Assembly (NCBI GenBank): GCA_004431415.1
Contig: QPMI01000048.1
Coordinates: forward strand, 186,001 to 250,000
Length of the DNA: 64,000 bases
Direction of reading: 5' to 3'
DNA from: Cyanophora paradoxa CCMP329
Lineage: Eukaryota; Plantae; Glaucophyta
The number at the start of each line of letters is the position of its first letter. The stretch's first letter is position 1. The notes under the pieces were generated by a model that was not told the DNA's origin, did not search any database, and saw only the letters and a program-made list of their open reading frames with translations. Shown here piece after piece: positions 11,905 through 22,796 of the stretch. The translations under genes and the position numbers were made by a program.

Positions 11905-13174
11905 ATGGCTTTCACCGTCCAGCAGCGCCAGTTCGCCGTCGCCTTCAGCAGCCCGGCTGCGACCCAGCGTCCGGCCCGTCGCTCGGCCGTTTCTGCGTCG
12001 AACAAGGCTGCCCTCGTCCCCGCCCGCAAGCAGCGTCAGCAGGAGGTTTCGATGCCCAGCCACCTGTCTTTCGCGCCCATGGCCGTCCCGTCCGCCGTTG
12101 TCCTCGCCAAGGGCCCCTCGAAGCACACTTTCTCCCGCAGCTTCGAGTACAGCAGCCAGCGGATCGGCTTCAAGGTTCGCCGGCGACGCTTATCGCCTTT
12201 TATACGCATGTTCGGCATCGATCGCGGGCCGAGCGCCCTGCCGGCCGGCTGCCGAAGTAACGCGCGCCAGTGCCGGATCCGCTCGGTCGGATAGTTGCGA
12301 ACGCGGCCCGAACCCGCGTCTTTAACCATTCGCTTTGCAGCTGGAGCCGTCGAGCATCCCCGGGTTCGATGCGCTCGGCGACGGCTTCGGCAAGATGGTC
12401 CCTGGTCCGTACGCTTCGAATTCGCCCCGCGGGGGCTGCGCGTTCCCCCGCCGACTCCGGCCCTCAGAGACCGGCTTCGGTTTCATCCTCGGCCTCGCCA
12501 CCGGCTACACCGGTGCGTCCCGTGCTCGCGCCCGGTCGCCCCTTCCTCCCGCTGAGCGGCATTCGCGCCCGCGCCCGCAGCCAAGCAGATCACGAAGAAG
12601 GTGCTGCTCTTCGACAAGCAGATCGTATCGAGTTAGAGTTGCGAACCGCTTGTCCAGGTCTTGTTGTTCATCGGCATTACGTTCATCATGGTCCAGCTCG
12701 CGGCGCGCAGCGGGTGCGTCCTCCGCCTTCGTCGCCTCTGATCGAATTTCGCATCATCGAATCTGAGACTCTCCCGCAGCTTCATCAGCGTCAACTGGAC
12801 CAAGATTGAGGACAAGGTCACCTCCAAGCTCGGTGCGGCCCCGCCCATCATCTCTCTAGAGAGGGCGCCCGCGAGGCCCGCGCCAACCGCCCTTCTTTCC
12901 CCTCCCCAGACGCGAACGAGGACGGCAAGCTCGACTACAAGGTGCCGTACCCCCCTCCTTGCCCACGTACCCCCCTCGCCGCCCACTTTCTGCCTCCAGG
13001 ACTTCGTTCTCCTGGCCAAGAAGGGCCTCTCGGCCCTCACCGAGAACCGTGTGCCCCGCCCCGCCCTGCGACCCGCGCGCCGGTACCCCCCTCCCTTCTC
13101 ACGCGCGTACCCCCTCAGTGCACTCCACCGCCGGTTTCGGCACGGGCGCCTTCATTGGCGTCAAGTACCTGTAA
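11905..13174 (+). CDS. FUN14-family membrane protein with predicted plastid transit peptide
   Basis: Spliced product ...GFGFILGLATGYTAKQITKKVLLFIGITFIMVQLAARSGFISVNWTKIEDKVTSKLDANEDGKLDYKDF...TAGFGTGAFIGVKYL* has FUN14 hallmarks (G.I.VNW, GF..GF..G). N-terminus MAF..., Ser/Ala/Arg-rich, acid-poor. Confidence 0.85.
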
Positions 13175-13384
13175 CCCGCTCCTCCTGGGAGGCACCCCGC
13201 CGGGGAGGCCAGCGGCGGGCCGGCTTCGCCCCGCCCGCCCCGCAGTGTAACTTACTTTTGTTTACAGTTAACCCTAAGCTCATGTAGCCGCCGCCTGGGC
13301 TAGCGCGGAAGGGCATCCGAGAGAAATTACCCTACAGGAACGGCCCTAGCCTACTAGCCTACTACTTGGAGGCTGCAGCTGTGG

Positions 13385-14797
13385 CTAGGACGAGTACCGC
13401 CCCCCCTCGGGGTCCATCTCGGCGATCTGGACGAAGAAGCACGGGTCCTCCTCGTCCAACTCGTGCGCCTCCGGGGCGGGCAGGGCGGGCAGCGGGCGCG
13501 GCCGGAGGCGCGCCGCCGCCTCAAGGACCGCGGCGGCCGTCGCGGGGTGGAACCCGCGGAGGGTGAGCCGCCGAAGGGCGAGGCAGCCGGCCAGGGCCCG
13601 CGAGAGGGGGGGTACGAGCGGGGCCTGGTCGGAGGCGGGGTGCGCAAGGAGCTCGAGGGACTCCAGGGCGGCCAGGAGGGGCCCGAGGAGCTGCGGGGTA
13701 CTCGCTCGAATCTCGGAAGGGAAGTTCGGGGGGAGAGGGTGGGGGTACGCGCGCCTCGAAGCCCGGACCGAAAACCGAGTAGGCGAAGGGCCCGCCGTGA
13801 CCTGGATCGAAAGTCAGATCGGGGGGCGTTCGGGGCGGTGGCAAGGCCTTCGCGCGGTACTTGGGGGGTACGCGAACCGCAGGCGAGGCGGCGGAGGCCG
13901 GGACAGTGCCGCGCGACGAGCAGCACGCCGATGTCGAGTACCCCCGTCCACTTGATCTGAGCGGGTTCGAATCCGGACGGGGAGGAAATTGAATTGCTAT
14001 CAAAGTTGAATTGCTATCAAGTGGGGAGCGAATGAGTCACGTTCAAGTCCTCCAGCAGGTGGCAGTGCGCGGCCAGAGCGGCCATCGCCGAATCGCTCAC
14101 GTAGGTCCGGCTCACGTCCTGCGGGAAGGGGTACGTGAAATTATCGGTGCGAGAGCATCGCCTGGACGAACGAGGCGCGTGAGGCGGGGGCAGGATCGCG
14201 CGAGCATCTGCGTCGGAAGGCGTTTAGGGCGGATGGGGGGGCAAGGGGGGGGGGGTACGGCGCGCCTTCACGGCCTCGTCGCCCACATGGCATCCGCTCA
14301 GGCTCACGGACTCGAGCTGGGGCGCCCGCCCGCAGAAGTCCCACACCTCCTGCGGCGATGTCGGCTTCGAAGTCAGGAACAAGGGCGACTTCAGAGATCG
14401 AATTCGAAAGAATTTCGCGCACGCGAGTGGAGATGCGGAGGCAGTTGTGGAGGTCGAGCTCAAGAATCGTACCCCATAAGGGCGCGAGCGCCGCGCAGCG
14501 AAGCAGCGCGGGGTCCAGCCCGCAGCGGTTGCGAAAGCTGAGAGAGACGGCGCCGGCGCACTTCCGCGCGGCGGCCGCGACGCGCTCCTCGCGCAGCGAC
14601 GAGGCACACTGGCGCGGTACGGCGTGCGCGTCGACGCTCAGATCAAGGCGGCGCCACAGCTCGGGGGCGCCCTCGCAGATCGCGTGCAGGCGCCTCGAGG
14701 AAGCAGAGACGGCGGCAACATCGGCGTGCCGCAGCGCCTCCAGAATGATGAGCAGCACGTTATCCTCCAGATCCTCCAGGCCCGGTGTGGGCGGCAT
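13385..14797 (-). CDS. F-box/LRR-repeat protein
   Basis: LEDLEDNVLLIILEALRHADVAAVSASSRRLHAI...LWRRLDLS (F-box), followed by LRR-like units (LDLHNCLRIS, LESVSLSGCHVGDEAV). Confidence 0.8.
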
Positions 14798-15074
14798 GCC
14801 TGCGCGAGCGCCAGGAATGAGGTTGACTCTCGGCGCGCGCGGGCCTAGGCAGTCAGAAAGCAGGCGCACCGGGGCAGATCGCGGCGATAGGACGAAATCG
14901 AGGCGCTTCCTGCAGTCACGAGGCTGCGTCGAGCCGCGCGGACGCGTCAGCACGGGAATGCGGGTCGGTGGCGAGTTAGCGGGTCGCAATAGTTAGGCGC
15001 ACGTTTTCTGGCGTGTATGTGCTTGCCACCGAGCTGGAATAACTCCGAAGTACTGAGAAGCACTCAGAAGCACT

Positions 15075-15198
15075 TTGATAGTAAAGTAGTTTACTTAGGT
15101 CAACCCGCGAGTAGACGTAGAGCAGCTGTACCCGAGGCACGACTGCCCGCCCCTCTTCAGTTGTTGTACCCCGAGTGCGCCGTCGCGCCTCGAGCTCT
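15075..15198 (+). repeat. Ngaro repeat A1 (124 bp)
   Basis: Identical by eye to 20787-20910. Confidence 0.93.
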
Positions 15199-15223
15199 GC
15201 AGAGCGTTCCGGCCGTACGCAAC

Positions 15224-17219
15224 ATGGTTGTCGAGACCCGTGGCCGCACGGCCACTCGCGCAGCCTCGGAGGCGGGACCATCGCGGTTCCAGAGTGCACC
15301 TCCCGACCCGCGCCAACCGGAGGCGCCAGCAGCTACACCGGTAGCTACAGCGGTAGGAGATGCGGGCTCGCAGCTGCAGACGACCTCAGATCTGCAGCCG
15401 CCCGTCGGGATCGCCCCTGCGCCAGGGCTCGCCTCGCACTCCGCGCAGGCCGAGCAGCAGCATCCCGGCGGCCCGCCGCTCCTCCTGCGTCGACAGCGAG
15501 GCTGCTGCAGCAGACTTCGCACGCGGCTGCCGCCCCCCCCGCACCCGCGGGCGGGGGTTCCGCGGCCGCGCCGTCGACCCCGGCATCCGGATCCGCGCCG
15601 CCTCAGCCCGCCCCCGTGCTCGCACCTCGCATGCCGGAGGCCCGAGCTTCGCGCGCGCCGCTGGCGGGACCCCTCGCAGTCCTGCCCGGCCCCGGATCGC
15701 CGGCCCCCGTGGTGGATCTGTCACAGCTCGGCCCGATGCTGACCCAGCAGCTCGCGGCGAGCGTGCAGCAGGCGACCGCCTCAGCGGTCGCGGCAGCGGT
15801 TGCTCCCCTGACGCGCGACCTCAGCGCCCTCGTGAGCGCCGTCGACCAGCAGCGCATGGTGCTGGCGCAGCACCAGAGCCTGCTCGAGCACGCGCAGCGG
15901 CCCGCCCCAGCCCAGGTCACGCACCTGCCGCTCGAGGCCCCTGCCCCGCTGCCGGCCCCCGGCACCCCCGCCGGCGCGGCCCTGTCCCACCACGTCCCCA
16001 CGGCGACCGCCGCCGTCCCTGGTGCTGTATTCGTCCCGCGGAGCGCACCGTCCCGCCCCTTCGTGCACGGCGCCGCCGCCGACCCGCCGCCCACATCGCA
16101 GACCGATGTCGATATCTCTCAGGCGGTGTCGCAGGCGCTGGCGCGCGCCCTGCCTGCGGCGCTCGCAGGGGCCGGCTTCGCGTTCGGGGGTGCCGGCGCT
16201 GCGCCCCCCTCGACCGACGGGAGCGCTCGCGTCAGCACCCTTCCCGCGCGCATCTTCACAGGCCCGGCCGGTGAGCGCCTCGTAGCGGCGATTCGGGCGG
16301 GGGGGCCTTTCGAGCTCCGTAGGCTCTTTCTAGACCCCGTCTTCTCCCCTCCGCCACCCAGTCGGGCCTCGCGTCCTCCGCCGCGGACGCCATCGCGGTG
16401 TCCCTCGACCCCGTCTCGGGCCGGCTGGTCCTCCAGGCGCACTCCGCCTCGTCCAGCACCGGCACACAGCGCGAGCAGCTCGCCTTCCCCGACCTCCTCC
16501 TGTGCCTTCAGCTCCTCGCCTTCCAGATCTCCACGGACACCATGCTGCCGGCGGAGGAGCGCTGCCGCCGCCTCGAGGCCCTGTCCCGGCTGCAGTACGA
16601 GATCATCGTCCTTGCCCGCACGCTTCCGTGGGAGCGGGTCTTCCCGTGGGTGCAGCATCACCTTGCTGACGCCCTCGCCTGCGCCGAGGACGCCGACGGC
16701 CGGTACCGCGCCCTTGGCCACCACAGCATGGCTCTCCTCGCGCGCAGCCTGCCCGAGGGGGGGCTCGGGCTCGGGGGCCCCCTCCCCTTTCACGCCGGCA
16801 GCATCGTGGCCTCGGCCGCCGCCGTCGATGCAGCCGCCCGTCCGGCCGGCGGCGGCCGGGCGTCACGCGCCAGCGCCGCGGCGCGCCCCGCCGCGGCCTC
16901 GGCGGTCGCCGCGCTCGCGTCCCCGCCCGGCACCGCGCCCAGCGGCGACACTCGGGCCGCCTCCGGCTCCGGCCGCTCGCGGTCCCGGGCCGTGCAGGAT
17001 GCCCTCGACCGTGGCGCCGTCTGGCACACCGAGGACCCGCGCTACTTCGGCGTCAGCCCCGCCATCTGTTGGTGCTTCAACCAGGGCATCTGCAAGAACG
17101 CCGTCAGCGACGGCGTCTGCTTCTTCGGGCGCCACATCTGCGCCCAGTGCCACAGCCGGGACCACCCCGACTGCGCGCGCCGTGCCGCCACCGGCGCCGG
17201 CGCCGTCGGCCCTTCCTGA
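15224..17219 (+). CDS. gag: Ngaro gag-like ORF with C-terminal Cys/His zinc finger (apparent frameshifts)
   Basis: Pro/Ala-rich protein spread over three frames, ending CWCFNQGICKNAVSDGVCFFGRHICAQCHSRDHPDC. Confidence 0.75.
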
Positions 17220-17445
17220 GCACCCCCGCAGGCGGCCGCAGTTCCCGCTCCCTGCGGCGCGCCAGACGCGGAGCATCATAGGAGCCCTCCGGAGGCGGTG
17301 GCGCCCCCTCTGGCGGCAGCGGTGCGCCCATCGCCGCCGTCCCCGCCTCCGCCCCCTTCGGTCTCGGTCGCGGCCCTCCCGCGGCTAAGTCCGATCGCCC
17401 CCCCCTCGGCATCTTCCCCCCGGGCTTCGCCCGTCCGGGCACCCG

Positions 17446-19451
17446 GTGTTATACCAGCGTCCAATGTCCCGGGCCGTTGCGTCCAGCGGCCTAGCGGACA
17501 GGACGTTGCGTCTGTTGTCCCCGAGACCCGCAGTTCGACTCCGTCCGGGTCCACTTCCGCCGCTTCGAATCCGGAGCGGCGCGTTTCCACGGCGACCGCC
17601 GTTGCCCACGCCCAAGACCCGCGCTCGATTCCCGCCGGGTCCTCTTTCGCCGCTTCGACTCCGGAGCGGCCCCCTTCCACGTCGGCGGCAGCTACCGCGC
17701 CCGCGCGCGCGCCCGCGCGCATCCGCAAGCAACCGCTGGCCCCCCTTTCGACACGACCGTCCCACCTACCCCACCAGTGCCGTCGGCGGCGCCACGCTCC
17801 CTCCGGGACTGGCGCCCACGCCCGTGAACCTCCCCAACCTTCTGGCAGCGCTGACGGACCATCCGGACCCCACGCTCGCCGCCCGCCTGTCCCAGGGCTT
17901 CACTCACGGCTTCCCCTGCTCTACCGCGGGCCACCCTACTCGGCGGTCCACAGGCCCCATCCCACGGCGCTGGAGCATCTCGACGCCGTTCGGGCGGACG
18001 TCGCCAAAGAGCGGGCTGCGGGACGCATGGCCGGCCCTTTCCCGCATCCGCCCTTCGCCCCTTCGTCGCCTCGCCACTCGGCGCGGTGCCGAAGAAGCGC
18101 TCCCACCCGCCCAAGTGGCGGCGCATCACCGACCTCTCCTATCCCCGCTTCCGCGGCTTCAGCGTCAACCGCGGCATCGACAATGCCCCCTCCACTACAC
18201 CTCCCCTTCGGTGGCAGACGCGATTGAGCTCATCATCACGCTGGGACGGCTCACACAGCTGGGCAAGGCCGACGTACGCGACGCCTTCCGCCTCCTGCCG
18301 GTTCGCCCGGAGGACTACTGGCTGCTAGGTGCCGCCCTCCCCTCCGAGGATCCCACCCGCCCCGGCGAGTACGACTTCTACTACGACATGGCCCTCCCGT
18401 TCGGCGGCCGCTCCTCCCCACGCACGTTCGAGGACCTCGGGCAGGCCCTCGACCATGTCCTCCGCCGGGCCGGTGTCCTCTTCCTGCGCTACGTCGACGA
18501 CATCCTTGTGCTCGGGCGCCCTGGCACCGCCGAGTGTGCACAGTCGATGGAGGCCCTGCAGGCCATCTGCTCCCACCTGGGCATCCCACTGGCCGCGGAG
18601 AAGCTGGAGGGGCCCGCCTTCCGCTTAGTCTTCCTTGGCGTTGAGCTCGACACCGAGGCGATGGAGGCGCGCCTCTCCGCCGGCCGCTACGAGGACCTCG
18701 TGTCACTCCTCGGCCGCTGGGAGGGAAAGCGGCACGCCACCCGGCATGACCTCCAGTCCCTCGCCGGTCTCCTCACCTCCGCCACCGCCGTCATTCCCCC
18801 CGGCCGCTTCTTCCTCCAGCGCGTGCTGAGTCTCATCTCTGCCCTGCGCGAGGACCACCACCGTGCCACGCTCCACCCCGGCTTCCACGCAGACCTCCGT
18901 TGGTGGCGCTTCCTGCTTGCCGAGCGGCACGGCGTCCGCCTCCTCCCCGCCTCAGCCCGCTGGGCCGACTCGCGGGAGCTACGCCTGGAGACTGATGCCA
19001 GCGGCGTGGGCTTTGGCGCCGTCTTTGGCGACGCCTGGCTCTTCGGCGCCTGGGCCGACCACCCCGACATCCCTGCCAGCATGCCCTGGCGCGAGCTCAT
19101 GGCGATCGTCATCGCCGCCGCCACGTGGGGCCCCAGTGGCACCGCCGGCGGATTAACTTCCACACCGACTGCGAGCCGGTTGCCCTTGCCATTGCCAACG
19201 GCTACTCCCCCCGCCCCGGCTTCGCCACCCTCCTCCGCACCCTCTATGCCCTTTCCGTCCTCCACTCTTTCGAGTTTCGCGCCACGCACATCGCTGGCCT
19301 GTCTAACGTCCTGGCCGACCCCCTCTCCCGCCTCCAGATCGAGCAGTTCCGCCGACTGCACCGGTCAGCGGATTCTTTGCAGACCCCCGCCTGCTGGCCG
19401 TCGATCGACCCCTTGCCGCCCTCGCCACGCACCTCTACATGTCCGGCTTAG
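17446..19451 (+). CDS. pol: Ngaro reverse transcriptase / RNase H (apparent 1-bp frameshifts; start uncertain)
   Basis: WRRITDLS, KADVRDAFRLLP, LPFGGRSSP, YVDD; RNase H TDASG, ELMAI, HTDC, HIAGLSNVLADPLSR. Confidence 0.92.
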
Positions 19452-20400
19452 CGGCCAGCACCCGCAGGAGCTACTCGTACCCGCAGCGCGAGTTCATCGA
19501 GTTCTGCCTCCAGCGGGGTCTGCACGACAGGCAGGGCTCGGTCCTGCCGGCGTCGGAGGCTACACTCTGCTTCTTCGCGGCGCACCTCTTCCGCCGTGGC
19601 GGCGTCGCCCCGCCATCCATCCGCACGTACATCACGGCCGTGCAGTCGCTGCACGTCGACTCCGGCTTCAGCACTTTCTGGGGCTCCATGCCGCGCCTCG
19701 CCCGGCTCCTCGAGGGCATCGCCCGCGTGGCCGACCCTCGCCCCAAACTCCGCCGCGACCCGATCACGCGCGGACAGCTCAGTGACCTCGCCCAGTATGC
19801 AGCCGCCCACCCGTCACCTGAGACGCGGCTCCTCTGGGCCGCCTTTTCCACCGCCTTCTTCGGCTTCTTCCGCTGCAGCGAGGTCTGTGCTGTCCGCCTC
19901 CCTGTGCCCGACCCGGCCCGGCTCTTCCAGCGCCGCGACCTCCGCTTCTTCACGGACGAGGGCGAGAGCTTCGCCCGCCTCCGCCTGAAAAAGTCGAAGA
20001 CCGATCAGCGAGGCCAGGGCTGTGACGTCGACATTCCCATGTCGGCGGCCTGGAGTGCGCTCACTGCGCCCTCGAGGCCCTCGCCCTCTCCTGGACGGGC
20101 CCCGCCCGCCCTGACGCCTACATCTTCGCACATGCCGCCACCGGCCAGCCGCTGACCCGTTCGGAGCTGCATGCCGCCCTCCGCAACTGGCTCCACGCCC
20201 TCGGCTACGCAGCCGACCCCCTGCTGCCGCACAGCTTCCGCATCGGCGCCGCCACCGCGGCGTTCGAGGCCGGCCTCCCTGACTACGCTATCCAGCTCCT
20301 CGGCCGCTGGCGGTCCGACGCTTTCCAGCTGTACATCCGTGCGCGCCCCGAGCTCGTCCGCCGCCAGCGGGCCTCCTCCTCGCCAGCAGCCACGCGCCCC
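19439..20400 (+). CDS. Ngaro tyrosine recombinase (apparent frameshift near 20050-20100; end approximate)
   Basis: AFFGFFRCSE (catalytic R), LKKSKTDQRG (K), HSFRIGAAT (HxxR), GRWRSDAFQLYIR (W, catalytic Y). Confidence 0.92.
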
Positions 20401-20494
20401 CAGCCGCAGTGCACTCCAGCTGACCTTCATTCATCACACACCTCTCTCCATGGGTGCCAGCGCGCGGCGCCCACTTCGCAGCCGCCGCCCGCCT

Positions 20495-20786
20495 CGGCGC
20501 CTTGGTCCTGCCTCTCCCCTGCTTCGCGTACCCTAGGCCAGACTGCCGTACCCAGGACAGGTGTTGCGAACTAGCCCTAGTTCACGTACCCCTCTGCCTG
20601 CTACGGACTCTAGCCCAGTTTCACGCTCAGGATTTTCACAGGCCCGAGGCAGTCCCCTTCTTGGCACCCATTTCGAGTTGTGTATGCATATACTAGATTA
20701 GCATATGACCATGCTAGCGACGCAGAGCTCACAGCACTGCGGGGAGTGTACCCCTCTATTGCTAAGAGTAAACTCGCTAGGGTTGA
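20495..20786 (+). repeat. Ngaro repeat B1
   Basis: Matches 20936-21079 (partial) and 21080-21363. Confidence 0.9.
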
Positions 20787-20910
20787 TTGATAGTAAAGTA
20801 GTTTACTTAGGTCAACCCGCGAGTAGACGTAGAGCAGCTGTACCCGAGGCACGACTGCCCGCCCCTCTTCAGTTGTTGTACCCCGAGTGCGCCGTCGCGC
20901 CTCGAGCTCT
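20787..20910 (+). repeat. Ngaro repeat A2
   Basis: Identical to A1 and directly abuts B1. Confidence 0.93.
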
Positions 20911-20935
20911 CCCACCCGACCCTACCCTATGTATA

Positions 20936-21363
20936 CGGCGCCTTGGTCCCGCCTCTCCCCTGCTTCGCGTACCCTAGGCCAGACTGCCGTACCCAGGACA
21001 GGTGTTGCGAACTAGCCCTAGTTCACGTACCCCTCTGCCTGCTACGGACTCTAGCCCAGTTTCACGCTCAGGATTTTCATGGTCCTGCCTCTCCCCTGCT
21101 TCGCGTACCCTAGGCCAGACTGCCGTACCCAGGACAGGTGTTGCGAACTAGCCCTAGTTCACGTACCCCTCTGCCTGCTACGGACTCTAGCCCAGTTTCA
21201 CGCTCAGGATTTTCACAGGCCCGAGGCAGTCCCCTTCTTGGCACCCATTTCGAGTTGTGTATGCATATACTAGATTAGCATATGACCATGCTAGCGACGC
21301 AGAGCTCACAGCACTGCGGGGAGTGTACCCCTCTATTGCTAAGAGTAAACTCGCTAGGGTTGA
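20936..21363 (+). repeat. Ngaro repeat B2 with internal tandem duplication (partial 20936-21079 plus nearly full 21080-21363)
   Basis: B sequence restarts at 21080 (tggtcctgcctctcc) after ...ggattttca. Confidence 0.88.
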
Positions 21364-21517
21364 CTGAAGCAGTTCTGGGGGGGTACACGCTGCGACCTTC
21401 GCGCGGCAAAGGCCTCGGCGGCATCCGCTGGGCATCCGGCCTGTTCGTTCGCGAGAGCAGCAACAACAGCAGCAAACGCGCCAACCTCCTAGCGAGGCAG
21501 CGGTCGGTTCCAGAAGA

Positions 21518-22690
21518 ATGCGCCGCGTTCACAAAGAGCCCGCTGGCTCGCCGACGGCGGCAGACAGCTGGGGCGACGAAAAGAAGTGGGAGGCGTGGGA
21601 TGACGATGAGCGCAAGAAGAAGGCGCAGAAGCCGGCGACCACCGTGACTGCTATTGATGTGGAGGCCGAGGCGCTGCTGCCCAGCGCCGTTGCCAAGCAG
21701 AGCAACATCTTCGTGAGGATAATCGCGTGCCTCTGCGCCTGGACCATCTGCCTGCCGCTGAAGCTGTGCGCCATCCGCCGCCGCGCGCGCCGCGCGCCAA
21801 ACCGGCGGTTGGCGCCTCGCCGCGCAATTGACGCATTTGCCGTCGAGCGCAGGTGCAAGAGCAAGAAGGGCGCCGTCGCGCTCGTCCTCATCGTCGCCGG
21901 ACTCATCGGCGGCTACATTTACACGTCGGTGCCGCTCTGCTCGTGCGGCTGCGCGCCGAGCATGCCGATGGGTGCGCCAAACCGCACGCGGCCGCCGGGC
22001 CGCTCACGCCGCGCCCCGCGCGCGCCTCGCCGCTGACGTCGACGCGCTTCGAAACTCTGCAGGCCCCAACAACAAGCCGTGGGAGTGGGGCAAGACGGGC
22101 GGCGGCAAGGACGTCGTTGTCTGGATGGACGTGGAGAACGAGCTCCCGTCGGAGGCGGACGCGCTCACCGGCGACGTGCGTACCCCGCCGCGCTCCTTCC
22201 GCCGCGCCGCGCCGCGCGCTGACTTCGTTCGCAGACCGGCTCCTCGAGCTCGGGGGTATGGGGATGGCTCTCGTCCGTCTTCAGCACGAAGCCCGTCAAG
22301 AAGGACAAGTCCGAGTCCAAGAAGGCGACCCCGCCCTCGGGGGCTGACCGCATCGTGTTCACCCCCGGCCAGCTCCGCAAGAAGTGTGGCAAGGACTTCT
22401 GGTCGGTGCGCGCACGTGTACCCCCCGGTCGCACCGCACCCCCGCGTCCCTTCCCTCTGTACCCCCCTGAGCCCCGCACAGCATTACCCCGAGGGACCCC
22501 TCCCCTCGGAGTGCCCCATGTCCTACAACCAGAAGTGCGTGTATCCCCCTGTCTCGTCCCCCGCCCCGCCCCGCCCCCTCAATCCCCTTCGACCCGCAGT
22601 CGCAACGAGGTCAAGCGCATCTGCACAAGGGACTGCGAGGCTCTGTGCCGCATGAAGGGGGGTATGTGGATGGACGGTCCCGAGGAATGA
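21518..22690 (+). CDS. Hypothetical Cys-rich membrane protein
   Basis: ATG 21518, GT-AG introns, hydrophobic segments (IFVRIIACLCAWTICLPL; AVALVLIVAGLIGGYIY), Cys-rich C-terminus, TGA at 22688-22690. Confidence 0.65.
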
Positions 22691-22796
22691 GCTACCCCCT
22701 CCTCTCTACTATCTGCGAAGCAGAAAGTTCTATCGTATCGCTGCAGTATTCTAGATAAGGTGTTCGAAAGGTTCATAGTCTTGCCGATTTGTGCTA

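Larger units (their letters stand above)
15075..21363 (+). mobile_element. Ngaro-type (DIRS order) tyrosine-recombinase retrotransposon, structurally complete
   Basis: Split direct repeats A1-[gag, RT/RNase H, YR]-B1-A2-B2. No methyltransferase domain between RNase H and YR, which fits Ngaro rather than DIRS/PAT. Confidence 0.93.

Noticed and set aside
15224-20400. Programmed ribosomal frameshifting in the Ngaro ORFs
   Set aside because: Shifts are numerous, fall inside conserved domains and lack clear slippery heptamers; sequencing indels or decay are simpler explanations.
15075-21363. LTR retrotransposon or prophage integrase
   Set aside because: No DDE integrase or protease, no TG...CA LTR pair or TSD; split direct repeats plus RT-RH-YR define a DIRS-order element.
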